The notes beneath the pieces are model-generated. The model searched no databases and had not been told where the DNA came from. It saw only the letters and a program-made list of their open reading frames with translations. A stretch of DNA of 64,000 nucleotides from Clostridiales bacterium (GTDB lineage: Bacteria > Bacillota > Clostridia > Oscillospirales > UBA644): assembly GCA_016281915.1 (NCBI GenBank), contig JAEEJO010000069.1, forward strand, positions 26,990 to 90,989, given 5' to 3'. This document shows, one piece after another, positions 1-10,097 of this stretch. The position numbers were made by a program, and so were the translations under genes. Every line of letters begins with the position of its first letter. Position 1 is the stretch's first letter.

Positions 1-1596
1 GTGACTGAAAGCGAGCTTTCGGAAAAACAGGTTCCCTATACCGCCATCGGCGGACACGTTTCTTCGGCTAAAGTGCCCAGGATCAACAAAAACAGGATAA
101 AATTCGGCTCACTGTCAACACTTTTCACAATACTCTTCATTGCCGCCGTTATAGCGGTAAACGTGCTTGTTTCGCTTGCGGCACAGAGATTCACGCTGAA
201 AGTTGACCTCACCGGGGAACAGGTATTTACTCTCGACCAGGAAACGAAGGATTTTCTTGCGGAGCTGAAGTCCCCTGTTGAAATAATAATCCTCGGCGAC
301 GAAACGTCATACCGCTCGGCAACGTCCACTGCCGGCGCAATAGCGCCCCAGAGATTTGTTGTTGAAACGGTAGACAACTACACCCGCGAAAGCGAATACG
401 TCACGGTCCATTTTGTAGACCCCAGATACAACCCGAACTTTTTCAAAACAAGAAACATTACCCTTGATGACGGCACAGACACCTCGGACAACATCTTTCT
501 TATTGTTTACTCGCCTGAAACGCAGCGTTACCGTTTCGTAAAAGACACGATATTCGAAAACCTCATGTATGTCGGTCTTGAAAGACGTCTTACCGCGGGT
601 ATGCTTTACGCTACAGTTGAGGATATACAGACCGTAGCGATCATAAAGGGTCACGGCGAAGGATCTCTGCCTTATTTCCAGGAAACCCTCAAAGACAACG
701 GGTTTGACGTAAAATATATAACCATTCAGGATTTTGACGAAATACCCGATTTTGTATCGATACTCGTCATCAACAACCCCACCAGAAACTACAGCGACGA
801 CGATATCAACAAAATAGACGCATGGCTTTCAAACAACGAAGATCTTGGACATCACCTTATGGTATTCACAGACCTCAACATGCCGAAAAACCCGAAGCTT
901 GAGGACTACCTCGTTGAGTGGGGCCTTTCGCTCGGCACCGAAAACATTTTCGACTATTCAAACAGCTATGCGTTCACAAACGCCTCGTATCCGCTTCTTA
1001 AAGTTAAATATGCAGACGATGCTAAAACTCTTGCGGAAGATCTTGCGAGAGAAGGATATTATCAGTTCGTCCGTCTCGGCGCCGCTCGCGCGGTCAACCG
1101 TCTTTTCGAAAGCAAGGATACAAGAAAGACTTACGGCGTTATAGATACGTTCAAAACCGCGTTTTCACGCTTTACCGCATCAACGACGCTTGCTCCGACA
1201 GACTGGAAAAACTTCACTTACAACGAAGAAACAGATACGGTCGGACCGTTTTTCCTCAGCGCGATATCGCGTCAGACAAGATATGAGGGCACAACGGAAT
1301 TCTCGTCAAGCGTTTACCTCTGCGGCTCAACGTCGTTCGTTGACGACTATTTTGTCAGCAACATCGACGGAAACAACCAGCAGACGGCGGAATTCATGAT
1401 AAAGCTATGCAAATTCCTTGTTGCTTCAAAGCAATCTTACGATACTGATATTCTTCCCGCGCAGCTTATCTTTGATACGCTCGCATTTGAAACAACAACT
1501 CAGGTCATAGTTACGGTTCTCGGCATAGTCCTCGTTCTTCCGCTTATATTTGCGGTAATAGGACTTATCGTGTGGAGGAAACGCAAGTTCTTATGA
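1..1596 (+). CDS. GldG-like auxiliary component of an ABC-type transporter (possibly 5'-partial at window edge)
   Basis: 531-aa ORF. An N-terminal TM (LSTLFTILFIAAVIAVNVLVSL) and a C-terminal TM (VIVTVLGIVLVLPLIFAVIGLIVW) flank a large external domain, the architecture typical of the GldG/ABC_transp_aux family. It begins with GTG at base 1, so the true start may lie upstream. Confidence 0.5.
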   Translation: MTESELSEKQVPYTAIGGHVSSAKVPRINKNRIKFGSLSTLFTILFIAAVIAVNVLVSLAAQRFTLKVDLTGEQVFTLDQETKDFLAELKSPVEIIILGDETSYRSATSTAGAIAPQRFVVETVDNYTRESEYVTVHFVDPRYNPNFFKTRNITLDDGTDTSDNIFLIVYSPETQRYRFVKDTIFENLMYVGLERRLTAGMLYATVEDIQTVAIIKGHGEGSLPYFQETLKDNGFDVKYITIQDFDEIPDFVSILVINNPTRNYSDDDINKIDAWLSNNEDLGHHLMVFTDLNMPKNPKLEDYLVEWGLSLGTENIFDYSNSYAFTNASYPLLKVKYADDAKTLAEDLAREGYYQFVRLGAARAVNRLFESKDTRKTYGVIDTFKTAFSRFTASTTLAPTDWKNFTYNEETDTVGPFFLSAISRQTRYEGTTEFSSSVYLCGSTSFVDDYFVSNIDGNNQQTAEFMIKLCKFLVASKQSYDTDILPAQLIFDTLAFETTTQVIVTVLGIVLVLPLIFAVIGLIVWRKRKFL

Positions 1597-3098
1597 CGAA
1601 GAAAAAAATTATCGGCATTATCGTCGCTGTTCTTGTTTCCGCAGCGGTCATAGGCGCGGCGATATTTGTAATGAACTTTGATCTTCTTCCCGAAGAGAAA
1701 GATCCGTCAACAGACCTTAACATAAAATACGCCAGAGAAAGCCTCGTTTTATATACCTGCGTGCTTGACGACCTCAAGGATATCCACGTAACGAATCCGA
1801 CAGGCGAATTCACGATCAGCCGCGACGAAGAGGGAAATCTCAATTTCCTGGGCAGAGAAGGCGCGCCGCTTTTGCCGTATTCTTCCGAAGGTCTTTACTC
1901 AAGCGTGGCAAAAGTAACGTGTGACGCGCTTATCGAAACCGAAACGCAGCATCTTGAATATTACGGACTTGACGACCCTCAGGTTCACGTATATATCGAG
2001 AAAAAGGACGGCACCGTTACCGAGCTTCAGATAGGCGACGCTGCGCCGCAGGGCGGCGGTTATTATATAAGGAACGCATCGAATACCGACGTTTTCCTTG
2101 CTCAGACGTATTTTGCGGAAAGATTTCTCAGAAATCACGTTCAGTATTATCAGAAAACCATCAGCAAGCAGTTCCTTTATACGGGATTTCAGTCTCTGCT
2201 GATAGATTTCCCCGAAAATTCCGAAAAAGAGGATATATACGTCCGTCAGACGACCGACGAAGAGGCGAAAGATATCCGCTTTGCAGGCGGAATGGTGCTT
2301 GAAGAGCCGTTTTTATGGGGCGGCGACTCAACGCCGATACAGGGCATAACCGAAATTCTCGCATCGCTTGAAGCAGACGATATAATAACCGACACGCTCG
2401 ATGAGTCGCTGCAGCAGCAATACGGCTTCGGCAATCCCACAAGAGTAGTTATAGAAGCATGGGTAGACACACAAAACTACGTAAGCGAAGTTACGGGGCT
2501 TGAAAACCCGTATTACGGCGCTACGGAGGACGGCTCTGACCTGCTTGTAACAAGCGAATATCTGCTTGGCAACATAGACGGACGCACTCTTTACGTTATG
2601 TATGACGGCGAACCTGTCATATACGGCGTTGATATGGATAAATTCGCGTTTACCGATTATTCGATCGACGTCTACTGTCAGAGGACCATCAACCTTCGCT
2701 ATATAAACGATCTGAACGGACTGACAGTTGAATCGAACGGCGACGTATACGACTTTTCGATCAAAGACCCCGACAAAGGGGAGGAAATGGTCGTTACGCT
2801 GAACGGCGAAACAGAAATAGACCCGAATCTTTTCAGAACCTTCTATGTAACCATAATCAGCGTTACAAACGACGGTATGGCTTACGAGCCTGACGAAACC
2901 GCCGAAACGGAGCTCAAAATAACGTATCACGCCATTGACGGTGACGATATGGTTATAGAATTCATTCCCATAGAGTCAAGAAAATATGTATTTAAGCTTG
3001 ACGGAGAAGGACGATTTTTTGTTTACGTAACAAAAGTAAACAAAATCAAATCAGATCTCAACAAGCTTCTGAACGGCGAAGAGATAAGAAATTACTGA
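1593..3098 (+). CDS. DUF4340-like membrane-anchored protein (usual downstream partner of GldG-like genes)
   Basis: ATG at 1593 overlaps the upstream TGA (ATGA coupling). N-terminal TM KKKIIGIIVAVLVSAAVIGAAIFV. Size and position match DUF4340 partners. The track ORF starts at GTG 1572. Confidence 0.4.
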   Translation: MTKKKIIGIIVAVLVSAAVIGAAIFVMNFDLLPEEKDPSTDLNIKYARESLVLYTCVLDDLKDIHVTNPTGEFTISRDEEGNLNFLGREGAPLLPYSSEGLYSSVAKVTCDALIETETQHLEYYGLDDPQVHVYIEKKDGTVTELQIGDAAPQGGGYYIRNASNTDVFLAQTYFAERFLRNHVQYYQKTISKQFLYTGFQSLLIDFPENSEKEDIYVRQTTDEEAKDIRFAGGMVLEEPFLWGGDSTPIQGITEILASLEADDIITDTLDESLQQQYGFGNPTRVVIEAWVDTQNYVSEVTGLENPYYGATEDGSDLLVTSEYLLGNIDGRTLYVMYDGEPVIYGVDMDKFAFTDYSIDVYCQRTINLRYINDLNGLTVESNGDVYDFSIKDPDKGEEMVVTLNGETEIDPNLFRTFYVTIISVTNDGMAYEPDETAETELKITYHAIDGDDMVIEFIPIESRKYVFKLDGEGRFFVYVTKVNKIKSDLNKLLNGEEIRNY

Positions 3099-3127
3099 TA
3101 AAATTCCCCATAAGGAGAGAAGAGAAT

Positions 3128-4876
3128 ATGAAAATAGAGAATCTTGAAGAGATGAAGGTGTTCTGGCACACAACGTCTCACATCATGGCACAGGCAGTAA
3201 AAAGGCTTTATCCCGAAACAAAGCTCACTATCGGTCCCGCTATAGATACCGGCTTTTATTACGATTTTGACAGTGAGATCCCGTTCACGCCCGAGATCCT
3301 CGAAAAAATCGAGGCGGAGATGAAAAAGATCGTAAAGGAAAACCTCAAAATAGAAAGGTTCGTTCTTCCGAGAAAAGAAGCGCTCGAACTGATGAAAAAC
3401 GAGCCTTATAAGATTGAGCTTATAAACGATCTGCCCGAAGACGAAGAAATAAGCTTTTACAAACAGGGAGAGTTTACTGATCTTTGCGCAGGCCCGCATC
3501 TGCCGTATGTTAGCAAGGTAAAGCACTTCAAACTCACAAGCTGCACCGGCGCTTACTGGAGAGGCGATTCTTCAAAAAAGATGCTTCAGCGCATATACGG
3601 AATATCGTTCCCCAACAAAGAAGATCTTGAAGAGTATCTCAAACAGCTCGAAGAGGCAAAACTGCGCGATCACCGCAGAATAGGCCACGATCTTCAGCTT
3701 TTTATGACGGACGAGCTCGTAGGAAAAGGCATGCCGATGTTCCTGCCAAAGGGCTACACGCTCTGGCGGATCCTTGAAAACTATATCCGCGATAAAGAGA
3801 TCTCTCAGGGCTATGAACACGTTCTTACTCCGTGCGTAGGAACGGTAGAACTGTATAAAACTTCCGGTCACTGGGATCATTACAAAGACAATATGTTCCC
3901 TGCGATGAAGGTTGACGACGAAACATACGTTCTTCGTCCCATGAACTGCCCGCACCATATGCGCATTTACGCAAATTCACAGCATTCATACAGAAATCTT
4001 CCCGTCCGTATAGGCGAAATAGCGCACGACTTCAGATACGAGGCTTCGGGCACACTCAAAGGAATAGAAAGAGGCCGCCATTTCTGCCAGAACGACGCTC
4101 ACCTTTTCGTAACGCCCGATCAGATAAAGGACGAGGTTGAAAAGGTAGTTAATCTTATATTCGATACATACCGCGATTTCGGCATCAAGGATTACAGAAT
4201 GGTCCTGTCTCTGCGCGATCCCGCAGACAAGAAAAAATATCACGATGACGACGAAATGTGGAACACAGCGGAAAACGCGCTGCGTCAGGTTCTCGATCAG
4301 CTCGGACTTGACTACACCGAAGAGATAGGCGAAGCTGCATTCTACGGACCGAAGCTCGACGTTCAGGTAATGCCCGCAGTAGGCGCGGAGATCACGCTTT
4401 CCACCTGCCAGCTCGACTTCTGCCTGCCCGCAAAATTCAACCTCACATACGTTGACAAGGACGGCGCGGAGCATACTCCCGTTGTTATCCACCGTGCGAT
4501 ACTTGGCTCTCTTGACCGCTTTATGGCGTATCTCATCGAAGAAACGATGGGCGCTTTTCCGACGTGGCTCGCTCCCGTTCAGGTCAAGATCATTCCTATT
4601 GCAGACAGACATCAGCCTTACGCAAACGAGGTCTGCAAAAAGCTTGAAGAATGCGGCATAAGGGTCGAAGTAGACGAAAGAAGCGAAAAAGTAGGCTATA
4701 AGATCCGCGAAGCGCAGATGGAAAAGGTTCCGTTCATGCTCGTTACGGGCGATAAGGAACAGGAAGACGGCACAGTCTCCGTTCGCGTAAGAAAAGACGG
4801 CGACAAAGGCTCAATGACGATCCCCGACTTCATCTCCCTTATCAAAGAACATATCGACACAAAAATGATAGACTGA
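3128..4876 (+). CDS. thrS: threonyl-tRNA synthetase lacking the N-terminal TGS domain
   Basis: The translation starts directly in the editing (second additional) domain: HTTSHIMAQAV, GPAIDTGFYYDFD, CAGPH. Class II catalytic motifs and the anticodon-binding domain follow. RBS AAGGAGAGAAG lies upstream. Confidence 0.93.
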   Translation: MKIENLEEMKVFWHTTSHIMAQAVKRLYPETKLTIGPAIDTGFYYDFDSEIPFTPEILEKIEAEMKKIVKENLKIERFVLPRKEALELMKNEPYKIELINDLPEDEEISFYKQGEFTDLCAGPHLPYVSKVKHFKLTSCTGAYWRGDSSKKMLQRIYGISFPNKEDLEEYLKQLEEAKLRDHRRIGHDLQLFMTDELVGKGMPMFLPKGYTLWRILENYIRDKEISQGYEHVLTPCVGTVELYKTSGHWDHYKDNMFPAMKVDDETYVLRPMNCPHHMRIYANSQHSYRNLPVRIGEIAHDFRYEASGTLKGIERGRHFCQNDAHLFVTPDQIKDEVEKVVNLIFDTYRDFGIKDYRMVLSLRDPADKKKYHDDDEMWNTAENALRQVLDQLGLDYTEEIGEAAFYGPKLDVQVMPAVGAEITLSTCQLDFCLPAKFNLTYVDKDGAEHTPVVIHRAILGSLDRFMAYLIEETMGAFPTWLAPVQVKIIPIADRHQPYANEVCKKLEECGIRVEVDERSEKVGYKIREAQMEKVPFMLVTGDKEQEDGTVSVRVRKDGDKGSMTIPDFISLIKEHIDTKMID

Positions 4877-4886
4877 TACAGAATAA

Positions 4887-4926
4887 CAAACCGGAAATAT
4901 CGATTGTATTTCCGGTTTTTTCTTTT
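4887..4926 (+). terminator. rho-independent terminator after thrS
   Basis: Hairpin AAACCGGAAATA-tcgattg-TATTTCCGGTTT followed by a T-run. Confidence 0.8.
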
Positions 4927-4933
4927 TCCGCAG

Positions 4934-4962
4934 TTGACGGAAAAACGGATTTATGCTATAAT
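4934..4962 (+). promoter_or_regulatory. sigma-A type promoter for the RM gene
   Basis: TTGACG (4934-4939), 17-nt spacer, TATAAT (4957-4962), about 30 nt upstream of the GAGGGG RBS and ATG 4994. Confidence 0.6.
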
Positions 4963-4993
4963 TACATCAATATTATCGTTGAGGGGAATAAAA

Positions 4994-7795
4994 ATGCCGT
5001 TGATAAATCAGCAAAAAGCCGCAAAAGAGTTTGCCGCTCGCTGGAGCGGAAAAGGATACGAAAAGGGAGAATCTCAGCTTTTCTGGATCGACCTTTTAAC
5101 AAACGTATTCGGCGTTGATAATTTTTCGGAATTTATACGCTTTGAAGATCAGGTTCATCTTGACCACACATCATTTATTGACGGATATATCCCGTCAACA
5201 AAGGTTATGATTGAGCAGAAATCTCTTGACAAAAACCTCAGAAAACCAATAAAACAATCGGACGGCTCTTTGCTCACACCGTTTCAACAGGCAAAACATT
5301 ATGTGACCGAGCTGCCTGTTTCACAACACCCCAAATGGATAATCACATGCAATTTTGCGGAATTTCTTATTTATGATATGGAAAAACCGCAGGGCGAACC
5401 CGAACAGCTTTTTCTGAAAGACCTTGAAAAAGAATACTACCGCCTGCAATTCCTTGTTGATACAGGCAGCAAAGTGCCGCCGAAAGAACTTGAAGTATCC
5501 ATACAGGCAGGTGAGCTTGTTGGCAAACTTTACGATGCGTTAAAAAAACAGTATGTAAATCCCGAAAGCGATGAAGCGCAAAGAAGCCTCAATATGCTGT
5601 GCGTCCGTCTTGTATTCTGCCTTTATGCGGAGGATGCGGGGCTTTTCGGTTCACACGATAAATTCGGTCAGTATATATCACATTTTCAGATAAAGGATGT
5701 TCGCAATGCAATAATTGAGCTTTTCAGAGTTCTCAATACGGAAGAAAAAAAACGCGACCCGTACCTTGACGATGAGCTGAAGTCTTTTCCGTATGTCAAC
5801 GGCGGTCTTTTTGCCGATGAAAATATAGAAATCCCGCGTTTTACCGAAGAAATTATTGATATTTTGCTTGATAAGGCAAGCACGGGTTTTGACTGGTCTC
5901 AGATAAGCCCCACCATATTTGGAGCGGTTTTTGAAAGCACGTTAAACCCCGACACAAGGCGAAAAGGAGGTATGCACTACACATCTATAGAAAATATTCA
6001 TAAAGTAATCGACCCGCTCTTTCTTGACGATTTAAGAAGCGAATTTTCCGATATTTGCGAAATAAAAGTTGAAAAAACAAGAAATGAAAAGCTCGAAATG
6101 TTCCGCAAAAAGCTTGCTTCACTCACATTTCTTGATCCCGCATGCGGTTCGGGCAACTTTTTGACCGAAACATATTTAAGCCTTCGCCGTCTTGAAAATG
6201 AAGCGCTGAGAATTACCCTCGGAGACAAAACGGTATTGAATTTCGGCGGGGAACATGACATTATTAAAGTTAAAATAAGTCAGTTTTACGGAATTGAAAT
6301 AAACGATTATGCCGTTGCCGTTGCAAAAACTGCACTCTGGATCGCGGAATCGCAAATGAACAAGGAAACAGAAGAAATTGCCGAACAGTCTATTGATTCT
6401 CTTCCTCTTAAATCAAATGCAAATATAATTGAAGGCAATGCGCTCAGGATAGACTGGGAAAGCGTTGTGCCGAAAGACAAACTGAATTATATTATGGGTA
6501 ATCCGCCGTTTGTTGGGGCAAGAATAATGTCAAGGGAACAAAAAGAAGATGTCTTTTCCATATTTAGCGATGTAAAAAATAACGGAAATCTCGACTATGT
6601 TGCCTGCTGGTATAAAAAAGCAGCGGATTTTATGAATGGAACAAAAATAAGAACAGCACTCGTTTCAACAAACAGTATAACACAGGGCGAACAGGTTGCA
6701 ATACTTTGGAAATATCTTTTTGAGCAAGGTGTTCACATCGATTTTGCACACAAAACATTTCGTTGGGATAACCGTGCCGAAAATAATCAAGGAAAAAAAG
6801 AAAAAACCGATAAATATATGGCTGCTGTTCACTGCGTTATCGTAGGATTCAGCGTTGCGGAAAACAAAGCAAACAAAGTAATATATGACAATGGAACAGT
6901 AAAGATTGCAAATAATATCAATGGGTATCTTATTGATGCTGATAACATTGTTATTGAAAGCAGGGCAAAACCGCTTTGTAATATTCCCGAAATCGGTATC
7001 GGCAATAAACCTATTGACGACGGAAACTACCTATTTACGAAAGATGAAATGGATGAGTTTGTAAAAAAAGAACCAAACTCTGAAAAATACTTCAAAAAAT
7101 GGCTCGGAGCACAGGAATTTATTAACGGATATTATCGTTATTGTCTGTGGCTCGGAGACTGCACGCCTTCGGAACTCCGTTCAATGCCCGAATGTATAAA
7201 GAGAATTGAAAATGTACGTAATTTCAGACTTACAAGTAAAAGTGAAGGAACAAGAATTCTTGCAAATACTCCTACTCGTTTTCATGTCGAAAACATGCCA
7301 AAAACCAATTATATTATTCTTCCTGAAACATCATCAGAAAACAGAAAATACATTCCTATAGGTTTTATGACTCCTGATGTTTTCTGTAGTAATGCTGTTA
7401 AACTTATGCCCTCCGCAACCCTCTACCATTTCGGCATACTCACATCAAATGTCCACATGGCATGGATGAGGACGGTAGCAGGCAGACTGAAAAGCGACTA
7501 TCGCTATTCCAAAGATATTGTCTACAACAACTTCCCGTGGCCTACTCCTACCGAAGAACAGAAAGCAAAGATAGAAAAATCCGCGCAGATGATACTTGAC
7601 GCCCGTGCGCTCTATCCCAACTGCTCGCTTGCCGATCTTTACGACGATTTAACTATGCCGCCCGAGCTGCGCAAGGCTCATCAGGCAAACGACCGCGCCG
7701 TAATGGAGGCTTACGGCTTCTGGGGCAAGCTGAACACCGAAAGCGAATGCGTGGCGGAGCTGATGAAAATGTATAAAGAGCTCACACAAAAATAA
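4994..7795 (+). CDS. Type IIL (MmeI-family) single-polypeptide restriction endonuclease/N6-adenine DNA methyltransferase
   Basis: Collinear with MmeI. N-terminal nuclease motif FIDGYIPSTKVMIEQKS (D..ExK). Shared blocks VRLVFCLYAEDAGLF and FPYVNGGLF. SAM motif I FLDPACGSGNFL and motif IV GNPPFVG. Further shared blocks VSTNSITQGEQV, AAVHCVIVGF, LPETSSENRKYIPIGF and RLKSDYRYS. Start moved to ATG 4994 (RBS GAGGGG); the track ORF starts at 4904, inside the promoter. Confidence 0.9.
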   Translation: MPLINQQKAAKEFAARWSGKGYEKGESQLFWIDLLTNVFGVDNFSEFIRFEDQVHLDHTSFIDGYIPSTKVMIEQKSLDKNLRKPIKQSDGSLLTPFQQAKHYVTELPVSQHPKWIITCNFAEFLIYDMEKPQGEPEQLFLKDLEKEYYRLQFLVDTGSKVPPKELEVSIQAGELVGKLYDALKKQYVNPESDEAQRSLNMLCVRLVFCLYAEDAGLFGSHDKFGQYISHFQIKDVRNAIIELFRVLNTEEKKRDPYLDDELKSFPYVNGGLFADENIEIPRFTEEIIDILLDKASTGFDWSQISPTIFGAVFESTLNPDTRRKGGMHYTSIENIHKVIDPLFLDDLRSEFSDICEIKVEKTRNEKLEMFRKKLASLTFLDPACGSGNFLTETYLSLRRLENEALRITLGDKTVLNFGGEHDIIKVKISQFYGIEINDYAVAVAKTALWIAESQMNKETEEIAEQSIDSLPLKSNANIIEGNALRIDWESVVPKDKLNYIMGNPPFVGARIMSREQKEDVFSIFSDVKNNGNLDYVACWYKKAADFMNGTKIRTALVSTNSITQGEQVAILWKYLFEQGVHIDFAHKTFRWDNRAENNQGKKEKTDKYMAAVHCVIVGFSVAENKANKVIYDNGTVKIANNINGYLIDADNIVIESRAKPLCNIPEIGIGNKPIDDGNYLFTKDEMDEFVKKEPNSEKYFKKWLGAQEFINGYYRYCLWLGDCTPSELRSMPECIKRIENVRNFRLTSKSEGTRILANTPTRFHVENMPKTNYIILPETSSENRKYIPIGFMTPDVFCSNAVKLMPSATLYHFGILTSNVHMAWMRTVAGRLKSDYRYSKDIVYNNFPWPTPTEEQKAKIEKSAQMILDARALYPNCSLADLYDDLTMPPELRKAHQANDRAVMEAYGFWGKLNTESECVAELMKMYKELTQK

Positions 7796-7811
7796 CAGAC
7801 TGAAAAACGAA

Positions 7812-7857
7812 AAAAATGACCGGGAAGCCGAAATCGGTTTTCCCGGTTTATTTTTTC
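7812..7857. terminator. bidirectional terminator between the RM gene and the convergent lipoprotein gene
   Basis: Hairpin ACCGGGAA..TTCCCGGT flanked by an A-run on the left and a T-run on the right. Confidence 0.75.
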
Positions 7858-7864
7858 AGGAATA

Positions 7865-9631
7865 TTATTCTGTCGTGAGAGTGGAAAGGCAGTATCCGTC
7901 GCCGTCCTTTTTAAGTGTGGCGGTAAGATTTACTGTTTTGCCGTCAAGCGTTTTTATCTCAAATTTAACGGTCGTTTCGCTTTCCTTTTTGCATATAACG
8001 TCTTCAGCGGGTCCCGCATAGCCGAACGGAGCGCGGTTTACCGGCGTCGGTTCACCCTCCGCGTGCTGCGGCTCATCAAAAGTCATATCTTTGCAAAGCG
8101 TTTTAAGAGTCCAAATATCGCCTTTTTTCAGCGCAGAGGTTATAATTTCGGTGAGGAGTTCTGCCGGAAAGCTTTCGCTCAGCGTTTTATCGTCCGGGGC
8201 TATTCGGAAATCTTCCGTATACGGGAAAAGACTGTAGTCTTCCGCGGCGCATTCCGCAAACTCAAAAGCGTATTTTGCCGTTGCAACCATAACGAAACGG
8301 GTTCCCGTGTTGCGGATATAGCAGGTATAACCTATGCAGTTGCCATCCCGGACAAAATATACGTCGCTGTCTTTTACCGACTCCGAAACGATAAAACCGT
8401 CTTCCGTTTCAATTACCCTTGTTATTCCGTCAATTTCGGAATACTTATCGGTTTCAAGGACAGGATCTGCCTGCGTTTCGCTGAAAAGTTCTTTTCCGTA
8501 TAAAAGATTTAATGCCTCGGCATCACCTTCACAAAGAGCTTTTATATACAAGCCAACAAATTCTTTCGGGTCTGCGGTGTTTACTTCATCAACTACATCG
8601 TCAGCATTCGGCCATTCAGAATTGTTATTTAAAGAAATGCGGTATGTCTGCTTCAAATATGCGGGATTAAGCTCGCTTTCATAGTTTGAATACTCAACCA
8701 CAATTGCGTAGTGAAGCTCGGCAGATGATATATCGTTTATAAAAAAATCGTAAACATCATCGTCAAAACTTGTTCTTACGCTTTTTACGCTCCTGTCATC
8801 TTCGTATGCGAGTGCGGATTTCTTTTCCTCCGCTTTTTCTTTCAGTCCTGCAAGGTTTACTCCGTGAGCCGCAAGGAACGCCCCTTTATTTATAACGGTA
8901 TCGTTTTCCGTATCGTAAAGGTAAGAACCCCAGCCGTAAAGAAATTCATGCCCAGAAGATTTCAGGAAGACCGACAGGATTTTTTCTTCAAAGATATTCA
9001 CGTCAACTTCACAGTCAGGCATATTGCTCAGATCAACAGATGCGTTGGCAAGCGCAGCGTCTTCCGAACGGTTTTTGAGCAAGGGAACGGCTCCGTGGAC
9101 TCTCGGTCTGTTTTTGATTCGTTCAACATAAATACAATTTTCGTTTACTGTTTTCCATTCAACGGCGGCGTCCATTTTTGCGAGAATTGAATAAAAATCG
9201 TCAAACGCCGGATATGAAAGAGCAGACCCCTCTTCAACGAAAACCTCTTTTATAAATCCGTCGGAATCATCCGAAATAAAAGAATAAAGATTTTCCGTTT
9301 CTTTCGTGTTTTCGTTTACAACGTCAAAAACCTTCTTTCCGCCTGTATAAAGCGGTGATTTTTCAAAGCTGTAAACGTTTCCGTTTTTAACGAAAAGAAT
9401 CTCTTTTTCGGCTGCTGCAGAAATTGTATCCGCAAGCCACATGTTTTTTGAAACGGACGACGTAAGTTCGTCAGGATATTCTACTTCTGTTTTAATATAC
9501 GTTCTTTCTTCGAAAATCAGCGTATTTTCTTCCGTATTCTTTTTACCGTCGTTTCCCGACGTATCGCATGCGGCAAAAAGTATTGTTACGGCAACAAAAA
9601 CGGCAATTATTGCAGTGAGTGTGCGTTTCAT
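7865..9631 (-). CDS. hypothetical lipoprotein
   Basis: 588-aa ORF with signal peptide plus lipobox (MKRTLTAIIAVFVAVTILFAAC). RBS AAGAGGTGA. No recognisable catalytic motifs. Confidence 0.6.
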   Translation of the reverse strand: MKRTLTAIIAVFVAVTILFAACDTSGNDGKKNTEENTLIFEERTYIKTEVEYPDELTSSVSKNMWLADTISAAAEKEILFVKNGNVYSFEKSPLYTGGKKVFDVVNENTKETENLYSFISDDSDGFIKEVFVEEGSALSYPAFDDFYSILAKMDAAVEWKTVNENCIYVERIKNRPRVHGAVPLLKNRSEDAALANASVDLSNMPDCEVDVNIFEEKILSVFLKSSGHEFLYGWGSYLYDTENDTVINKGAFLAAHGVNLAGLKEKAEEKKSALAYEDDRSVKSVRTSFDDDVYDFFINDISSAELHYAIVVEYSNYESELNPAYLKQTYRISLNNNSEWPNADDVVDEVNTADPKEFVGLYIKALCEGDAEALNLLYGKELFSETQADPVLETDKYSEIDGITRVIETEDGFIVSESVKDSDVYFVRDGNCIGYTCYIRNTGTRFVMVATAKYAFEFAECAAEDYSLFPYTEDFRIAPDDKTLSESFPAELLTEIITSALKKGDIWTLKTLCKDMTFDEPQHAEGEPTPVNRAPFGYAGPAEDVICKKESETTVKFEIKTLDGKTVNLTATLKKDGDGYCLSTLTTE

Positions 9632-10097
9632 AGGGCTATATCACCTCTTTATGGTTTCAAAATATAAACATATATTGTATTAATACTTTGTGTTTTTCAT
9701 AACGACCGCTCCTTTAATTAAGATATTATTTTTGTGGAGAGACATAATCACGCCCAAAATGTAATTACCTGAACGGAAAACTGTTGACTTAGCATTTTGT
9801 CGAACTACCGGCAAAAAAAAATCAGTTCATTGATAACTCTGTTTTTGTGTTAATCGCTTTCCTTACTAAAAGTATAACATATTATAAAAAAAAATCAAGT
9901 ACTTTTCAAAAATTATTTACATTAAAAACTTTTTTAAGACAAAGGATCGAAAAGAGAAGGAAAAACCGTGCTCAGCCACTGAAAGGCTTATAAAAACGCG
10001 GCATATGTCTGACCTGACCGATTATCGTTTTGTCCGACGTCTGCATCCGCAATATTTCTTTTTCGTATTTTATATCGGACAACGTTGATATAGTCAT

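Noticed and set aside
4904-4993. N-terminal extension of the MmeI-like ORF
   Set aside because: The extension covers the thrS terminator T-run and a TTGACG-17-TATAAT promoter. MmeI-family similarity begins at MPLINQQ (ATG 4994, RBS GAGGGG).
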